DNA from: Alphaproteobacteria bacterium
Lineage (GTDB): Bacteria > Pseudomonadota > Alphaproteobacteria > UBA828
Assembly (NCBI GenBank): GCA_965220745.1
Contig: CBDCQT010000005.1
Location: 128,001-192,000, forward strand
Length of the DNA stretch: 64,000 bases
Direction of reading: 5' to 3'
Shown: positions 9,933 through 19,939 of the stretch, one piece after another
Layout: every line of letters begins with the position of its first letter
Numbering within the stretch: the stretch's first letter is position 1
Translations under genes and position numbers: made by a program
Notes under the pieces: generated by a model
The model's input: the letters and a program-made list of their open reading frames with translations, nothing else
What the model was told of the DNA's origin: nothing
Database searches by the model: none

Positions 9933-10724
9933 ATGGACGAGGCGACCCGTCGTGTGGCGACCGAGAACATCCGGAGGCTCGTCCGCGCGCGCGGTAACAT
10001 CTCCCAGGTTTGTCGGCGCCTCGGCATCAACAGGCAACAGTTCAACAAGTATCTGACCGGCCAACATCTCCCCTCTCAGCGAAATCTGAACCAGATCTGT
10101 GCGTTCTTCGGCGTGAGTTTCGCCGATCTCATATCTCCGGACATGCAAGTTCCGGAAACGCTTCATCCGTCCGAGTACCTCCAAGGCTACAAAGCGTTCT
10201 CCTCTCTAGGGATGATCCAAGACGTGATCGGGAGGTCCGATCGGCGTCGGTTGCGCCAGTTCGAAGGCGTCTACGAGAAGTATCACTATTCGTCAATCTA
10301 CAGGGGTGACATCGTTCGAGCGGTCACGCAAATCAGCCCTTACGAGGACATCTATGTCTACTCCAATCTTGAGCGTTTCCCAAACAAGGACGATCCAAAG
10401 AAGCACGACTACGTTTTCAAGTATCACGGCATCGTATTTTTTGTTGACGAGAGATTATTCATGATGGACATTGAGAAAGTCCAAAAGAACGAACTTACCT
10501 TTTCAATTTACACCCCTATTGCCCGGAACCCGGTGAGGTTTTTTTTCGGCGTAACTTCGGGTGTTGCCTCTAATCTCTATCGCGAGCCTTATTCGTCGCG
10601 CTCTGTGCTGGACTTCCGAGGAGCCGTGCCGTCGACCAAGGACGCCCTGCGTCGAGCAACCGTTGTGACACCCGACGATCCGTCGATTCCGGCCGAAGCG
10701 CTGGAATACCTGAACAGCCGCTGA
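9933..10724 (+). CDS. XRE-family HTH transcriptional regulator
   Basis: N-terminal HTH ISQVCRRLGINRQQFNKYL; divergent from the ABC operon. Confidence 0.88.
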   Translation: MDEATRRVATENIRRLVRARGNISQVCRRLGINRQQFNKYLTGQHLPSQRNLNQICAFFGVSFADLISPDMQVPETLHPSEYLQGYKAFSSLGMIQDVIGRSDRRRLRQFEGVYEKYHYSSIYRGDIVRAVTQISPYEDIYVYSNLERFPNKDDPKKHDYVFKYHGIVFFVDERLFMMDIEKVQKNELTFSIYTPIARNPVRFFFGVTSGVASNLYREPYSSRSVLDFRGAVPSTKDALRRATVVTPDDPSIPAEALEYLNSR

Positions 10725-10812
10725 GGAGAGGCGGCTGCCCGCGCGCAGTCGGGGCCGGCGGACGTGGCGGTCGAAGGAAGGCCTGACGTTCGATCCCGGA
10801 CTGCAGCAGTGA

Positions 10813-12615
10813 TCAGAAGTGCTGTTCCAACGCCCGGTTCATGGCGTAGTCCGCCTGCTCCTTCTCGTAGTAGGCGGGCGAGGGGAAATCCCACCAGCCG
10901 GGTGTGAACGGGCCGGCGGCATCACGCGAGGTCATGACCTCGACCAGGGCCGGGCCACCGCAGGCGAGCGCGCTTTCCAGCGCTGGCTTCAGGTCATCGT
11001 CATCGTCGATGCGCCAGCTCTCGACCCCAAACTGCTTTGCGAGGCCGGAGATGTCGGCGCTGTAGGGCTCGCCATTGCCGCCATCCTGGTTGAACTCCGA
11101 TCCGATGTGACGCCCCATGAATTTGCGCTGACCGCCCCTGATCGACATGTAGCCGCTGTTGTTCTGCACCAGGATAACGACGGAGAGATTGTTCATCGCG
11201 GCGACCCCGAGCTCCGGTGCCGACATCATGAAGTCGCCGTCGCCGACAATCGAAACTACTTGCCTGTCTGGGCACGCCAGCTTGGCGCCCAGCGCTGCGG
11301 GCACGGCCCAGCCCATCGGTGAGAACGAGCCCGACGTAAGATGCGTGCGAGGATGGTAGACTGGGAACGCTTGTTTGACGGCTCCTTGGGTGTTTCCCGA
11401 GCCGACGGTGACGATCCCTTCCCGGTCCATAACGTCGCGGAGGACTTTCAGGGGGCGTTGCGACGTGAACGGTGCCTCCGTCGAATCCCGCCGCGGTGCG
11501 AGCATTGCCTCCCATTCGGCTTTGGCGCTCGCGATGTCCCCGAAAAAGGTCTCTCGGCTCGCGAGCGCCTTCGACGACTGAAGATCGGAAATCGATTGCA
11601 CCATCGCCTCGAGCGTCACGCGGGCATCAGCGACGATGCCGACCTCCGTCGGATAATTCTTGCCGATCTCGTGATGATCGAGGTCGATGTGGATCAGCTT
11701 GCCAGGCGGAATGGAGAAGCTGGCACCCTTGCGATAACTGGACGCGGACCAGTCAGTGAAGCGGCAACCCACCGACATCACGACATCGGCGCACGCGGTG
11801 ATGTTGTTGCCGCAGCTTGTTCCCGTCTGTCCGACCGCGCCGATACAAAGCTCGTGATCTTCGCGTATCGCGCCCTTGCCGTTCCATGTGAATGAAACGG
11901 CGGCACCGACCTTCTCGGCAAGTTCGGTAAGCACCTCGCAGGCTCCCGACAGAATTGCACCGCCGCCGGCACAGATCACGGGACGTTTTGCTGAGAGCAA
12001 GAGCTCCACCGCCTTGTCGATCGCTCGAGGGTCAGGATAGCTCACTCCGACCGCCATCCGCTTGTCGAGCGGGTGAACCGTGACATCGGCCGTCTCACAC
12101 TGGAGGTCCATCGGCAACTCGACGTGAACGGGACCGGGACGACCCGACAGCATGGTGTTGAAGGCGCGGTGCATGACGAAGGGGATTTCATCGACGCGCA
12201 TGGGCTTGTAGGAGCGCTTCGTCACCTGCTCGATGATGTGCGGGAACGAGTTTTCATTCTGCCGCTCCAGCTCCTGCATCACGCCGTGGCCCTTCATGTG
12301 CGTGGCTGGGCCACCGTTGATGTAGAACGCCGCCGTTGAGTCCGCGTAGCACGTGGCGAGTCCGATCACGGTGTTGGTCGCGCCCGGCCCGACCGATGTC
12401 GTGCACGCCATCGGCGTCCCGCTGGCTCTGAAGTGTCCGTCCGCCATGTGAATGGCGCTCTGTTCGTGCATGACCTGAATGAACGGAATCTCGCTTCCTT
12501 CTTGAAGGAATGCATCGAGCAGGCTCCAGTTTCCGTGTCCAGGAATGCCTGCGAGGTAAGTGATTCCGTACTCCTTCAGCGCGCGAGCGACGATTTCGCC
12601 ACCGGTTAACTTCAT
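10813..12615 (-). CDS. Thiamine-diphosphate-dependent enzyme (acetolactate synthase/IolD-like)
   Basis: MKLTGGEIV start, GIPGHGN, HEQ, GPGATN, GDGDF...NN ThDP motif; ATG 12615 with GGAGG upstream. Confidence 0.9.
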   Translation of the reverse strand: MKLTGGEIVARALKEYGITYLAGIPGHGNWSLLDAFLQEGSEIPFIQVMHEQSAIHMADGHFRASGTPMACTTSVGPGATNTVIGLATCYADSTAAFYINGGPATHMKGHGVMQELERQNENSFPHIIEQVTKRSYKPMRVDEIPFVMHRAFNTMLSGRPGPVHVELPMDLQCETADVTVHPLDKRMAVGVSYPDPRAIDKAVELLLSAKRPVICAGGGAILSGACEVLTELAEKVGAAVSFTWNGKGAIREDHELCIGAVGQTGTSCGNNITACADVVMSVGCRFTDWSASSYRKGASFSIPPGKLIHIDLDHHEIGKNYPTEVGIVADARVTLEAMVQSISDLQSSKALASRETFFGDIASAKAEWEAMLAPRRDSTEAPFTSQRPLKVLRDVMDREGIVTVGSGNTQGAVKQAFPVYHPRTHLTSGSFSPMGWAVPAALGAKLACPDRQVVSIVGDGDFMMSAPELGVAAMNNLSVVILVQNNSGYMSIRGGQRKFMGRHIGSEFNQDGGNGEPYSADISGLAKQFGVESWRIDDDDDLKPALESALACGGPALVEVMTSRDAAGPFTPGWWDFPSPAYYEKEQADYAMNRALEQHF

Positions 12616-12710
12616 GATTTCCTCCGTGTGGCCTTGCGCAAGGCTCGAAGCCGCGAGGGCGACGCCAAGACTGCGCCACACTCAGACAATGCCGATCCTG
12701 ATTAAAGGTC

Positions 12711-12976
12711 CCCAAGACCGGGATGTTGGTCAATTTCGCATCGGCGAATTTCTTATGCGGATTTACGCGAAGACCGCTAAAGTTCGCGTATGTTTCGGAA
12801 AACTTTCTTACCGACTTTGCGACCCGGCTTTCCCCAATGCCGTGTGCCGGCAATCGCGCATGCCGCGGACAACTTCTGTCCCGATGCTCCCAATTACGAC
12901 GCACTATGGCGCGCTTTGTGCGCAAGAGAGCGTCAGAAAACAGGATTGTGCGAAATTGACCCAAGATCGTCTTGGG
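12711..12976. promoter_or_regulatory. Pseudo-symmetric divergent promoter region
   Basis: GGTCAATTTCGCA (12728-12740) and TGCGAAATTGACC (12949-12961) are a perfect inverted pair; each is followed in its own direction by GTCTTGGG. Confidence 0.65.
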
Positions 12977-13031
12977 CGACACTCTACGACTGCGGTGGTC
13001 GTCCACCCCACCAGAAACGGGAGAACCCCGA

Positions 13032-13730
13032 ATGCCGTCGGATCGGAATGTATCGCGCGACTTGGCGTTCGCCGACAATCATCTCTCGGCGAAGCTGTTC
13101 AGCGATGTAGACCGTTTGGAAGCTGACGGTATCGTCGTCAACTTGTCTCCGCGAGCAATCCATGTGGACGGCGACGTCCGAACGCTAATCCAACCATGGC
13201 GCTCCACAATCGTGCGAGGAAACCGAATCCTTGAGGCGGAGCGCATCGCGGTCCTACGCATCGAGAGGCTTGAGAACCTTGGCGGCGTCATGTTCCGTGG
13301 CTGGGACTGGTTCGGCGATCTATATGCCGGGTTTCCTAGGCAAACGCCCTTGTACATGTCGCCGGTCGACATGGTCGGTCACACCGAAGAGGATCCTTTG
13401 GCTTTCACGCGGGAGCGCGAGAGTCGCGAGGAGCTCCATCCGTTTGATGTCGCGCTGAAGTGCTGGTGGTCGCCCAACGAGACGGATTGCTTTATTCACA
13501 ACGAGCATCCGTTCCTCGAAGTGCACACCCAGGTGCATGGTATGGGCCGCATGCAGAAGTTCCGCGAACGCGATGCGTCCACACTCTACGAAGACGTTGT
13601 CATGGCGCCAGGCTTCACCCATGAGCCGTTCTGCACAGTGGCGGGTGAGAAGGAATGGGCCTACCCTTGGCACCGCTACTACACGGACACGGAGAGCATC
13701 TGGCTCGCGATCGAATTGCACCCCGTGTGA
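13032..13730 (+). CDS. Cupin-like metalloprotein resembling the aldos-2-ulose dehydratase (AUDH) cupin domain
   Basis: HNEHPFLEVH ... HEPF ... YPWH motif pattern; start chosen at ATG 13032 after GGAG. Confidence 0.55.
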   Translation: MPSDRNVSRDLAFADNHLSAKLFSDVDRLEADGIVVNLSPRAIHVDGDVRTLIQPWRSTIVRGNRILEAERIAVLRIERLENLGGVMFRGWDWFGDLYAGFPRQTPLYMSPVDMVGHTEEDPLAFTRERESREELHPFDVALKCWWSPNETDCFIHNEHPFLEVHTQVHGMGRMQKFRERDASTLYEDVVMAPGFTHEPFCTVAGEKEWAYPWHRYYTDTESIWLAIELHPV

Positions 13731-13871
13731 TGCGTTGGCGCGTTCCCGAGGATGTCTTGTGACGGCGATCGTTGGCGACCATACACGCCGAGGCCTGCGC
13801 CGCGCCACGGCTCCTGAAATCACGCCCGCCTGATCCGTCCCGCTGCCCGCCGCTGACTCCGCCCCATCCGC

Positions 13872-13985
13872 TCACGGTCGCTCCGCTCCCGGCAGCGCGA
13901 CCGCCGCGCGCAATCCGCCTTCCGCGCGGTTCGCGAGCATGATGTCTCCCCCGTGGCCGCGCACGATGCTGCGCGCGATGGCAAG
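13872..13985 (-). pseudogene. C-terminal fragment of a sensor histidine kinase (HATPase end)
   Basis: LAIARSIVRGHGGDIMLANRAEGGLRAAVALP, lacking the preceding GLG box and the rest of the kinase. Confidence 0.75.
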
Positions 13986-14526
13986 CATGGATGCGAGCAG
14001 GAACCCGGTGGTCCGCGCGATGTTCTCTCCAACGGGTCGGTCTACATCGTCTCTGGTGGACCCGATGGCGACTCTTGAAGGAGCCTGGGCTGCAGCCGAT
14101 TCCTGCATGAGCGATGTAATCGAGATCGCCCGCCAAGACCTCAAGATTGACAAGACAGCGACATTCCCCTGTCGGAATTCGGCTTCTCCCCCGGATGTTG
14201 CACTGCGGTAGGCACTATCCGACATGATTCCCACATTGATCTACTTGTAGTTCGCGGTCGCTTGGACTCCCGGTCAGGGCCGCGCCCCGATCCGTCGGGG
14301 CGACCTCGACTGCGACTTGTGTCCCTGGATTTTGTCGGCTGCAGCCACTATGTGTTTTGTGCATACCGCCTCCGGACCGAGTAGTCGGGCAAGCCTTCTA
14401 CCATGATCTCGAAAGCGAGCTTGCCTTCGTAAGTCCCGACATCATCCATCGCTTCGTCGTCCAGCGAGCCCCCCCAATCGATATGCAAGATCCGTTCGAT
14501 CTCCGCGGAATCCCGCCGCCTTCCAA

Positions 14527-17500
14527 ATGGTAGCCGCCGCTCACACTTCGGAGCGCGGCACGCCCTTCAAACTCCGCTGTCTCTCCATCGACCTTGAGGT
14601 GAGCAAGGACGACGGCCGCATCCACGCCTTCGGCGCCGTGCGCGGAGATACCGACCAAGGGCATTCCGGCAGCGGATCGACAGCGGCTCTTGCGAAGCTC
14701 GACGACATTGCCGACGGCGCGTCCTTCGTTCTCGGCCACAACCTGATCGCCTTTGACCTGCCCCACCTTAGGTCAGCGAAGCCCGACCTGCGGCTGCTGT
14801 CTCTGCCAACGGTGGACACGCTGCGTCTCAGCCCCCTCGCGTTTCCCCGCAATCCCTATCACCACCTGGTCAAGCATTATCAGGACGGCGGCCTCAAACG
14901 AGGCCGGATCAACGACCCCGAACTCGACTCCCGTCTCGCGCTGGAGCTATTCCGCGACCAGCGGAAGGCACTGCGCCGAGCGAAGCCCGACCTGCTTGCG
15001 GCCTGGCATTGGCTGACGACGCCGGAGTTCGGGGGCGTAGACAGCGCTCTCGACGACCTCTTCGCCGAGATACGTGGCGCGCGTCGCCCCACAGACGCCG
15101 AGGCCCGCGCCGCGATGGGCCGCCTGCTTGACGGCTCGGCCTGCGCGACCCACGGACGGGGGGCCGTGGCGGCCGCAGCGAACGCGCACTGGCCGTTCGC
15201 CTACGCGCTGGCGTGGCTCTCGGTGGCCGGCGACAACTCGGTGGTGCCGCCCTGGGTGCGTCACCAGTTTCCGGATACCGGGCGCCTCGTGCACTGGCTC
15301 AGGGATGCGGCTTGTACCGACCCCGCCTGCGGCTGGTGCCGTGAGCGGCACGACGCCCGCAAGGAACTGAGGCGCTGGTTCAATTTCGACAATTTCCGTC
15401 CGGAACCGGAGCACGACGACGGCCGCCCGATGCAGCAGGCCATCGTGGAAGAGGCGATGGCGGGCCGGCACGCGCTCGGCATCCTGCCCACCGGCACGGG
15501 CAAGTCGCTCTGCTACCAGATCCCGGCGCTCTCCCGCTACGACAAGACCGGCGCGCTGACGGTGGTGATCTCGCCCCTGGTCGCGCTCATGGCGGACCAG
15601 GTGGCGGGGCTGGAAGCGCGCGGCATCGACTCCTGCGTGACGGTCAATGGTCTGCTGTCGATGCCCGAGCGAACCAAGGCGCTGGACCGGGTGCGGCTCG
15701 GGGACGCAAGCATGCTGCTCATCTCACCGGAGCAGCTTCGCAGCCGCTCACTGCGCCGGGTTCTGGACCAGCGCGAGATCGGCGGCTGGGTGCTCGACGA
15801 GGCTCACTGCCTGTCGCGCTGGGGCCACGACTTCCGGCCCGACTACCGCTACGTGAGCCGCTTCATCCGCGAGAAGGCCGGCAAAGAGCCGATCCCACCG
15901 CTTCTGTGTCTCACTGCGACCGCCAAGCCGGACGTGAAGGAGGACATTGCGCGGCACTTCCGCGAGAAACTCGGCATCGAGCTCACCATCTTCGATGGCG
16001 GCGCCGAGCGCGATAATCTCGACTTCACGGTGATCCAGACCACGGGCGGCGAGAAGTTCGCCCACATCAGTCAGGTGCTGGAGTCCCATCTGCCGCCGGA
16101 TACCCAGGGCGGCGCCATCGTCTATTGCGCGACGCGCCGGCGCAGCGAGGAGGTGGCGGAGTTCCTGCAACTGAAGGACGTGGCGGCCGAGCACTTCCAC
16201 GCCGGCCTCTCGCCGGAGATCAAGAAGGACGTGCAGCGGCGCTTCATCGGCGGGAAGCTGCGCGCGATCGCGGCGACCAATGCCTTCGGCATGGGCATCG
16301 ACAAGAAGGACGTGCGGCTGGTCATTCATGCGGACATTCCCGGCTCGCTGGAGAACTATCTGCAGGAGGCAGGCCGCGCCGGGCGGGACCGGAAGGCTGC
16401 GCGCTGCGTGCTGCTCTACGCGCCCGACGACGTGGAGCGCCAGTTCGGCATGTCGGCGCGCTCGCGGCTCACCCCACAGGAGATCCAGGGCGTGCTTCGG
16501 GCGCTCCGCAACCTCGACCGGAAGAAGCGCTATGGCGGCGACGTAGTGGCTACCGCCGGCGAAATCCTCGGCGAGGATGAGGAGCACGCCTTTGTCCGCG
16601 ATTCCGCCACCGACGACACCCGCGTGCGCACGGCCATCGCCTGGCTGGAAGAGGCCGAGCTGCTGAGCCGCGAGGAGAACGTGGTCCACGTTTTCCCTTC
16701 CTCGCTGCTGGTGGATTCGGTGGAGGAGGCCCGCGAGAGACTGGCGCGGGCGAACATCGCCGACGCCTATCGCCGCCAGTTGCTGCGCATCGCCACCGAG
16801 ATCATCCAGGCGGGCAAGGACGAGGGAATCACCACCGACGACCTGATGGCGGCCTCCGGGCTATCCCCCGAAGGCGTGCGCGGCGCCCTCTACGACCTCG
16901 AACGCTTCGGCATCGCCACCAACGAGACCGCGATCACTGCGTTCGTCCATGCCGGCATCGAGCGCTCGTCGCAGAAGCGGCTCAAACAAGCTGCAGAACT
17001 GGAGATCGCGCTGATCGCGCTGATGCGCGAAGCCGCGTCGGACCAAGGCAAGGGCGATACCGCCGTGCTGCATCTACGCGTCGCCGCGCAAGCTCTCCAG
17101 GACGCGGAGCTGGCCAATCCGCTGCCGGAGCGGCTCTGGCGCATCGTGCGCGGTATTGCCTACGACGGCCGCGGCGAGGACGGCGCCGCTGGCAGCCTCT
17201 CGGCGCGCAAGCTGGATGCAGAGACGGCGCGGATTACGCTGCGGCGCGAATGGGACAAGCTCGAAGAGACGGCACAGCTTCGGCGCGAGGCCGCCGGGCA
17301 AGTGCTGAAGCACCTGCTCGCCCGCCTACCGAAGGGACGCCAGGGCACCGACCTGCTGGCCGAGACCAGGCTCGGCAAGCTGCTGCAGGCGATCGAGGCC
17401 GACATCGCCCTCAAGGGCAAGGTCAGGTATCCCGAGAAGCTTCTCGACCGCGCGCTGATGTGGCTGCACGAGCTGGAGGTGATCCGCCTCAACAAGGGCC

Positions 17501-19671
17501 TTACGGTGTTCCGCTCGGCCATGACCGTTCGCCTTAAGCGGCGCGAGCAGCACAACTTCGTCAAGGCCGACTTCGAGGAGCTGGCGCGTCACTACGACGG
17601 ACAGGTCCTGCAGGTTCACGTGATGAAGAGCTTCGCCGAACGCGGTCTCGCCTCCATGCGGGACGCGATGGGGCTGGCGATGGACTATTTCACGCTGAAC
17701 GAGGGCGCGTTCCTCGACCGTTGGCTGCCGGGGCAGGACAAGGAGATCGGCCGCCAGACCACGCCCGACTCATGGCGGGTCATCGTCGAGAGCCTGGGCA
17801 ACCGCGACCAGCAAGATATCGTCACCGACACTCGTGAGCAGACCAACGTGCTGGTGCTGGCCGGGCCCGGCTCGGGCAAGACGCGGGTGTTGGTGCATCG
17901 CATCGCCTATCTCGTCCGCGTGCGGCGGGAGAATGCGCGCGGCATTCTCGCGCTCGCCTACAACCGCCACTCGGCAGTCGATATCCGGCGCCGCCTGCAC
18001 GCGCTCATCGGCGACGACGCGCGCGGCGTGACCGTGCTCACCTGCCACGGGCTCGCCATGCGCCTCGCGGGCGCCAGTTTCACCGGCCGGGCGGAGCAGC
18101 CCGACGACGAGGTATTCCGGGATGTGCTGCGCCGTGCGGTGGAGCTGCTGCGCGGCGAGGGCCTGCTGCCGGAAGAGGCGGACGAGCAGAGGGAGCGGCT
18201 TCTGGCCGGGTTCCGCTGGATCCTGGTGGACGAGTATCAGGACATCGGCCCGGTCCAATACGAACTGATCTCCGCCTTGGCCGGGCGCACGCGTGAGGAC
18301 GAGGCCGGCAAGCTCACGCTCTTCGCCGTCGGCGACGACGACCAGAACATCTACGCCTTCAACGGCGCCTCGGTGGAGTTCATCCGCCGCTTCGAGCAGG
18401 ACTACGGACCGAAGCCCCGCTATCTGGTCGGCAACTATCGCTCGACTGGCCACATCATCGCGGCAGCCAACGCTGTGATCGAGCCGGCACAGGACCGGAT
18501 GAAGTCCGGGCATCCCATCCACATCGACAAGGCGCGTGCGAAGGAGCCGCCGGGCGGCGCGTGGGAGGCTCTCGACCCGGTGGGGCGTGGGCGAGTCAGT
18601 ATTCTGCCGGGAGGCCGCGATCCGATCACGCAGGCTCAGGTCGTGATGGGGGAGCTGCTGCGCCTGAAATCCCTGCCGTCTTCCAACCTCGACTGGTCGC
18701 GGAGCGCGGTAATCGCGCGTGAGTGGAAATATCTGGAGCCGGTACGCGCGTTCTGCGAAACGCACGACATCCCGGTGCAGATGGCCAACGAGGAAATCCC
18801 GAATTTCTGGCGCCTGCGGGAGACCCGCAGGTTCGTCGATTGGCTGCGCGCACGGGAGCCCCGCGTCGTCGACGGTGCAGCTCTACACGGGTGGGCCGAG
18901 GCCCGCCCGTCCGGTCCCTGGTACGACCTGCTGCGGCATGCCATTGAGGAGCACACGTTAGAGACCGGCGGCGGAGATGTGCCGGTGAGCCATGTCATCG
19001 AATGGTTGGCCGAGTGGGGTCGGGAGATTCGCCGACGCCAGCACGGGCTTCTGCTGCTGGCCGGCCACCGCGCCAAGGGGCTCGAGTTTGACCATGTCGT
19101 CGTCCTGGACGGCGCCTGGGATCGGGTGGGGCACCGCGAGGACCCGGACGCACCGCGCCGGCTCTATTACGTCGCCATGACCCGCGCGCGGCAGACCCTC
19201 GCGCTCGCGCGCTTCGACGGCGCGCACCCCCTGCAGAACGCGCTGCGCGACCATCCCTCGGTGATGTGGTGCCAGCCGAACGCGCTACCGCCTGCTTCGC
19301 CCGAGCTCCTGTATCGCCACGTGCGGGCCACGCTTGAGGACGTAGACCTCGGCTTCGCCGGGCGCCGGAGCGAGCGTGATCCGATCCACCGCGCCATCGC
19401 CACGCTCAAGCCCGGCGATTCGCTGGAGACGCGCATCACGAAACAGGGGCACTGGGAATTGCTGAGCCCAACGGGCTCGCGGGTGGGGTGCCTTGCCAAG
19501 AGCTTCAAGCCACCCGCCGCCGTGCGCTGCCGCTCCGCAGAGGTACTGGCCGTCATCGGCTGGAGCCGCGGGGCATCGGAGCCCAAGTACCACGACAGCA
19601 TCCGATGCGATGCCTGGGAGGTGGTGGTGCCGGAACTCGTATTCGAGCCCGCGACGCCAATACTTGGATGA
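14527..19671 (+). CDS. 1714-aa fusion: DEDD-exonuclease-like domain + RecQ helicase + UvrD/Rep-like helicase
   Basis: SIDLE/GHNLIAFD; PTGTGKSLCYQ, DEAHC.S.WGHDFRP, QEAGRAGRD; AGPGSGKT, VDEYQD, VGDDDQ, HRAKGLEF, YYVAMTRAR. Confidence 0.93.
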   Translation: MVAAAHTSERGTPFKLRCLSIDLEVSKDDGRIHAFGAVRGDTDQGHSGSGSTAALAKLDDIADGASFVLGHNLIAFDLPHLRSAKPDLRLLSLPTVDTLRLSPLAFPRNPYHHLVKHYQDGGLKRGRINDPELDSRLALELFRDQRKALRRAKPDLLAAWHWLTTPEFGGVDSALDDLFAEIRGARRPTDAEARAAMGRLLDGSACATHGRGAVAAAANAHWPFAYALAWLSVAGDNSVVPPWVRHQFPDTGRLVHWLRDAACTDPACGWCRERHDARKELRRWFNFDNFRPEPEHDDGRPMQQAIVEEAMAGRHALGILPTGTGKSLCYQIPALSRYDKTGALTVVISPLVALMADQVAGLEARGIDSCVTVNGLLSMPERTKALDRVRLGDASMLLISPEQLRSRSLRRVLDQREIGGWVLDEAHCLSRWGHDFRPDYRYVSRFIREKAGKEPIPPLLCLTATAKPDVKEDIARHFREKLGIELTIFDGGAERDNLDFTVIQTTGGEKFAHISQVLESHLPPDTQGGAIVYCATRRRSEEVAEFLQLKDVAAEHFHAGLSPEIKKDVQRRFIGGKLRAIAATNAFGMGIDKKDVRLVIHADIPGSLENYLQEAGRAGRDRKAARCVLLYAPDDVERQFGMSARSRLTPQEIQGVLRALRNLDRKKRYGGDVVATAGEILGEDEEHAFVRDSATDDTRVRTAIAWLEEAELLSREENVVHVFPSSLLVDSVEEARERLARANIADAYRRQLLRIATEIIQAGKDEGITTDDLMAASGLSPEGVRGALYDLERFGIATNETAITAFVHAGIERSSQKRLKQAAELEIALIALMREAASDQGKGDTAVLHLRVAAQALQDAELANPLPERLWRIVRGIAYDGRGEDGAAGSLSARKLDAETARITLRREWDKLEETAQLRREAAGQVLKHLLARLPKGRQGTDLLAETRLGKLLQAIEADIALKGKVRYPEKLLDRALMWLHELEVIRLNKGLTVFRSAMTVRLKRREQHNFVKADFEELARHYDGQVLQVHVMKSFAERGLASMRDAMGLAMDYFTLNEGAFLDRWLPGQDKEIGRQTTPDSWRVIVESLGNRDQQDIVTDTREQTNVLVLAGPGSGKTRVLVHRIAYLVRVRRENARGILALAYNRHSAVDIRRRLHALIGDDARGVTVLTCHGLAMRLAGASFTGRAEQPDDEVFRDVLRRAVELLRGEGLLPEEADEQRERLLAGFRWILVDEYQDIGPVQYELISALAGRTREDEAGKLTLFAVGDDDQNIYAFNGASVEFIRRFEQDYGPKPRYLVGNYRSTGHIIAAANAVIEPAQDRMKSGHPIHIDKARAKEPPGGAWEALDPVGRGRVSILPGGRDPITQAQVVMGELLRLKSLPSSNLDWSRSAVIAREWKYLEPVRAFCETHDIPVQMANEEIPNFWRLRETRRFVDWLRAREPRVVDGAALHGWAEARPSGPWYDLLRHAIEEHTLETGGGDVPVSHVIEWLAEWGREIRRRQHGLLLLAGHRAKGLEFDHVVVLDGAWDRVGHREDPDAPRRLYYVAMTRARQTLALARFDGAHPLQNALRDHPSVMWCQPNALPPASPELLYRHVRATLEDVDLGFAGRRSERDPIHRAIATLKPGDSLETRITKQGHWELLSPTGSRVGCLAKSFKPPAAVRCRSAEVLAVIGWSRGASEPKYHDSIRCDAWEVVVPELVFEPATPILG

Positions 19672-19702
19672 GAGGTTGTCTTGCTTGACGCGCTGCATGC
19701 CG

Positions 19703-19939
19703 CTCTGGCGCTCCGCGCGCAGGGAAGCTCGGTTCACGGACGCACATCCGCATGACCTGCGCCACTCGTTCGCAAGCCACGCGGTGCTGCAAGGCCTCCC
19801 GTTGCAGGTCGTCTCCTGCATGCTCGGCCACAGGTGGCCGAGCTTGCCACTGTGGCACGCCCGTGTCGGCGACTGCGAGACCGAAGCAGCAGGAGAATGC
19901 ATCGGGATGGCGATCACAATGGCGTTGGATGGCATTTAA
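19703..19939 (+). pseudogene. Degenerate C-terminal remnant of a tyrosine integrase related to integrase 2
   Basis: HDLRHSFASHAVLQG...VVSCMLGH aligns with integrase 2; catalytic Tyr lost (LRYAH to LWHAR). Confidence 0.85.

Noticed and set aside
14283-14302. Hairpin CGCCCCGA-TCCG-TCGGGGCG as an element end or terminator
   Set aside because: Isolated, with no U-tract and no partner site; insufficient support
14527-19671. PsyrTA or housekeeping RecQ
   Set aside because: No phosphoribosyltransferase domain, DprA-like partner or HRDC domain seen; extra UvrD and exonuclease domains present
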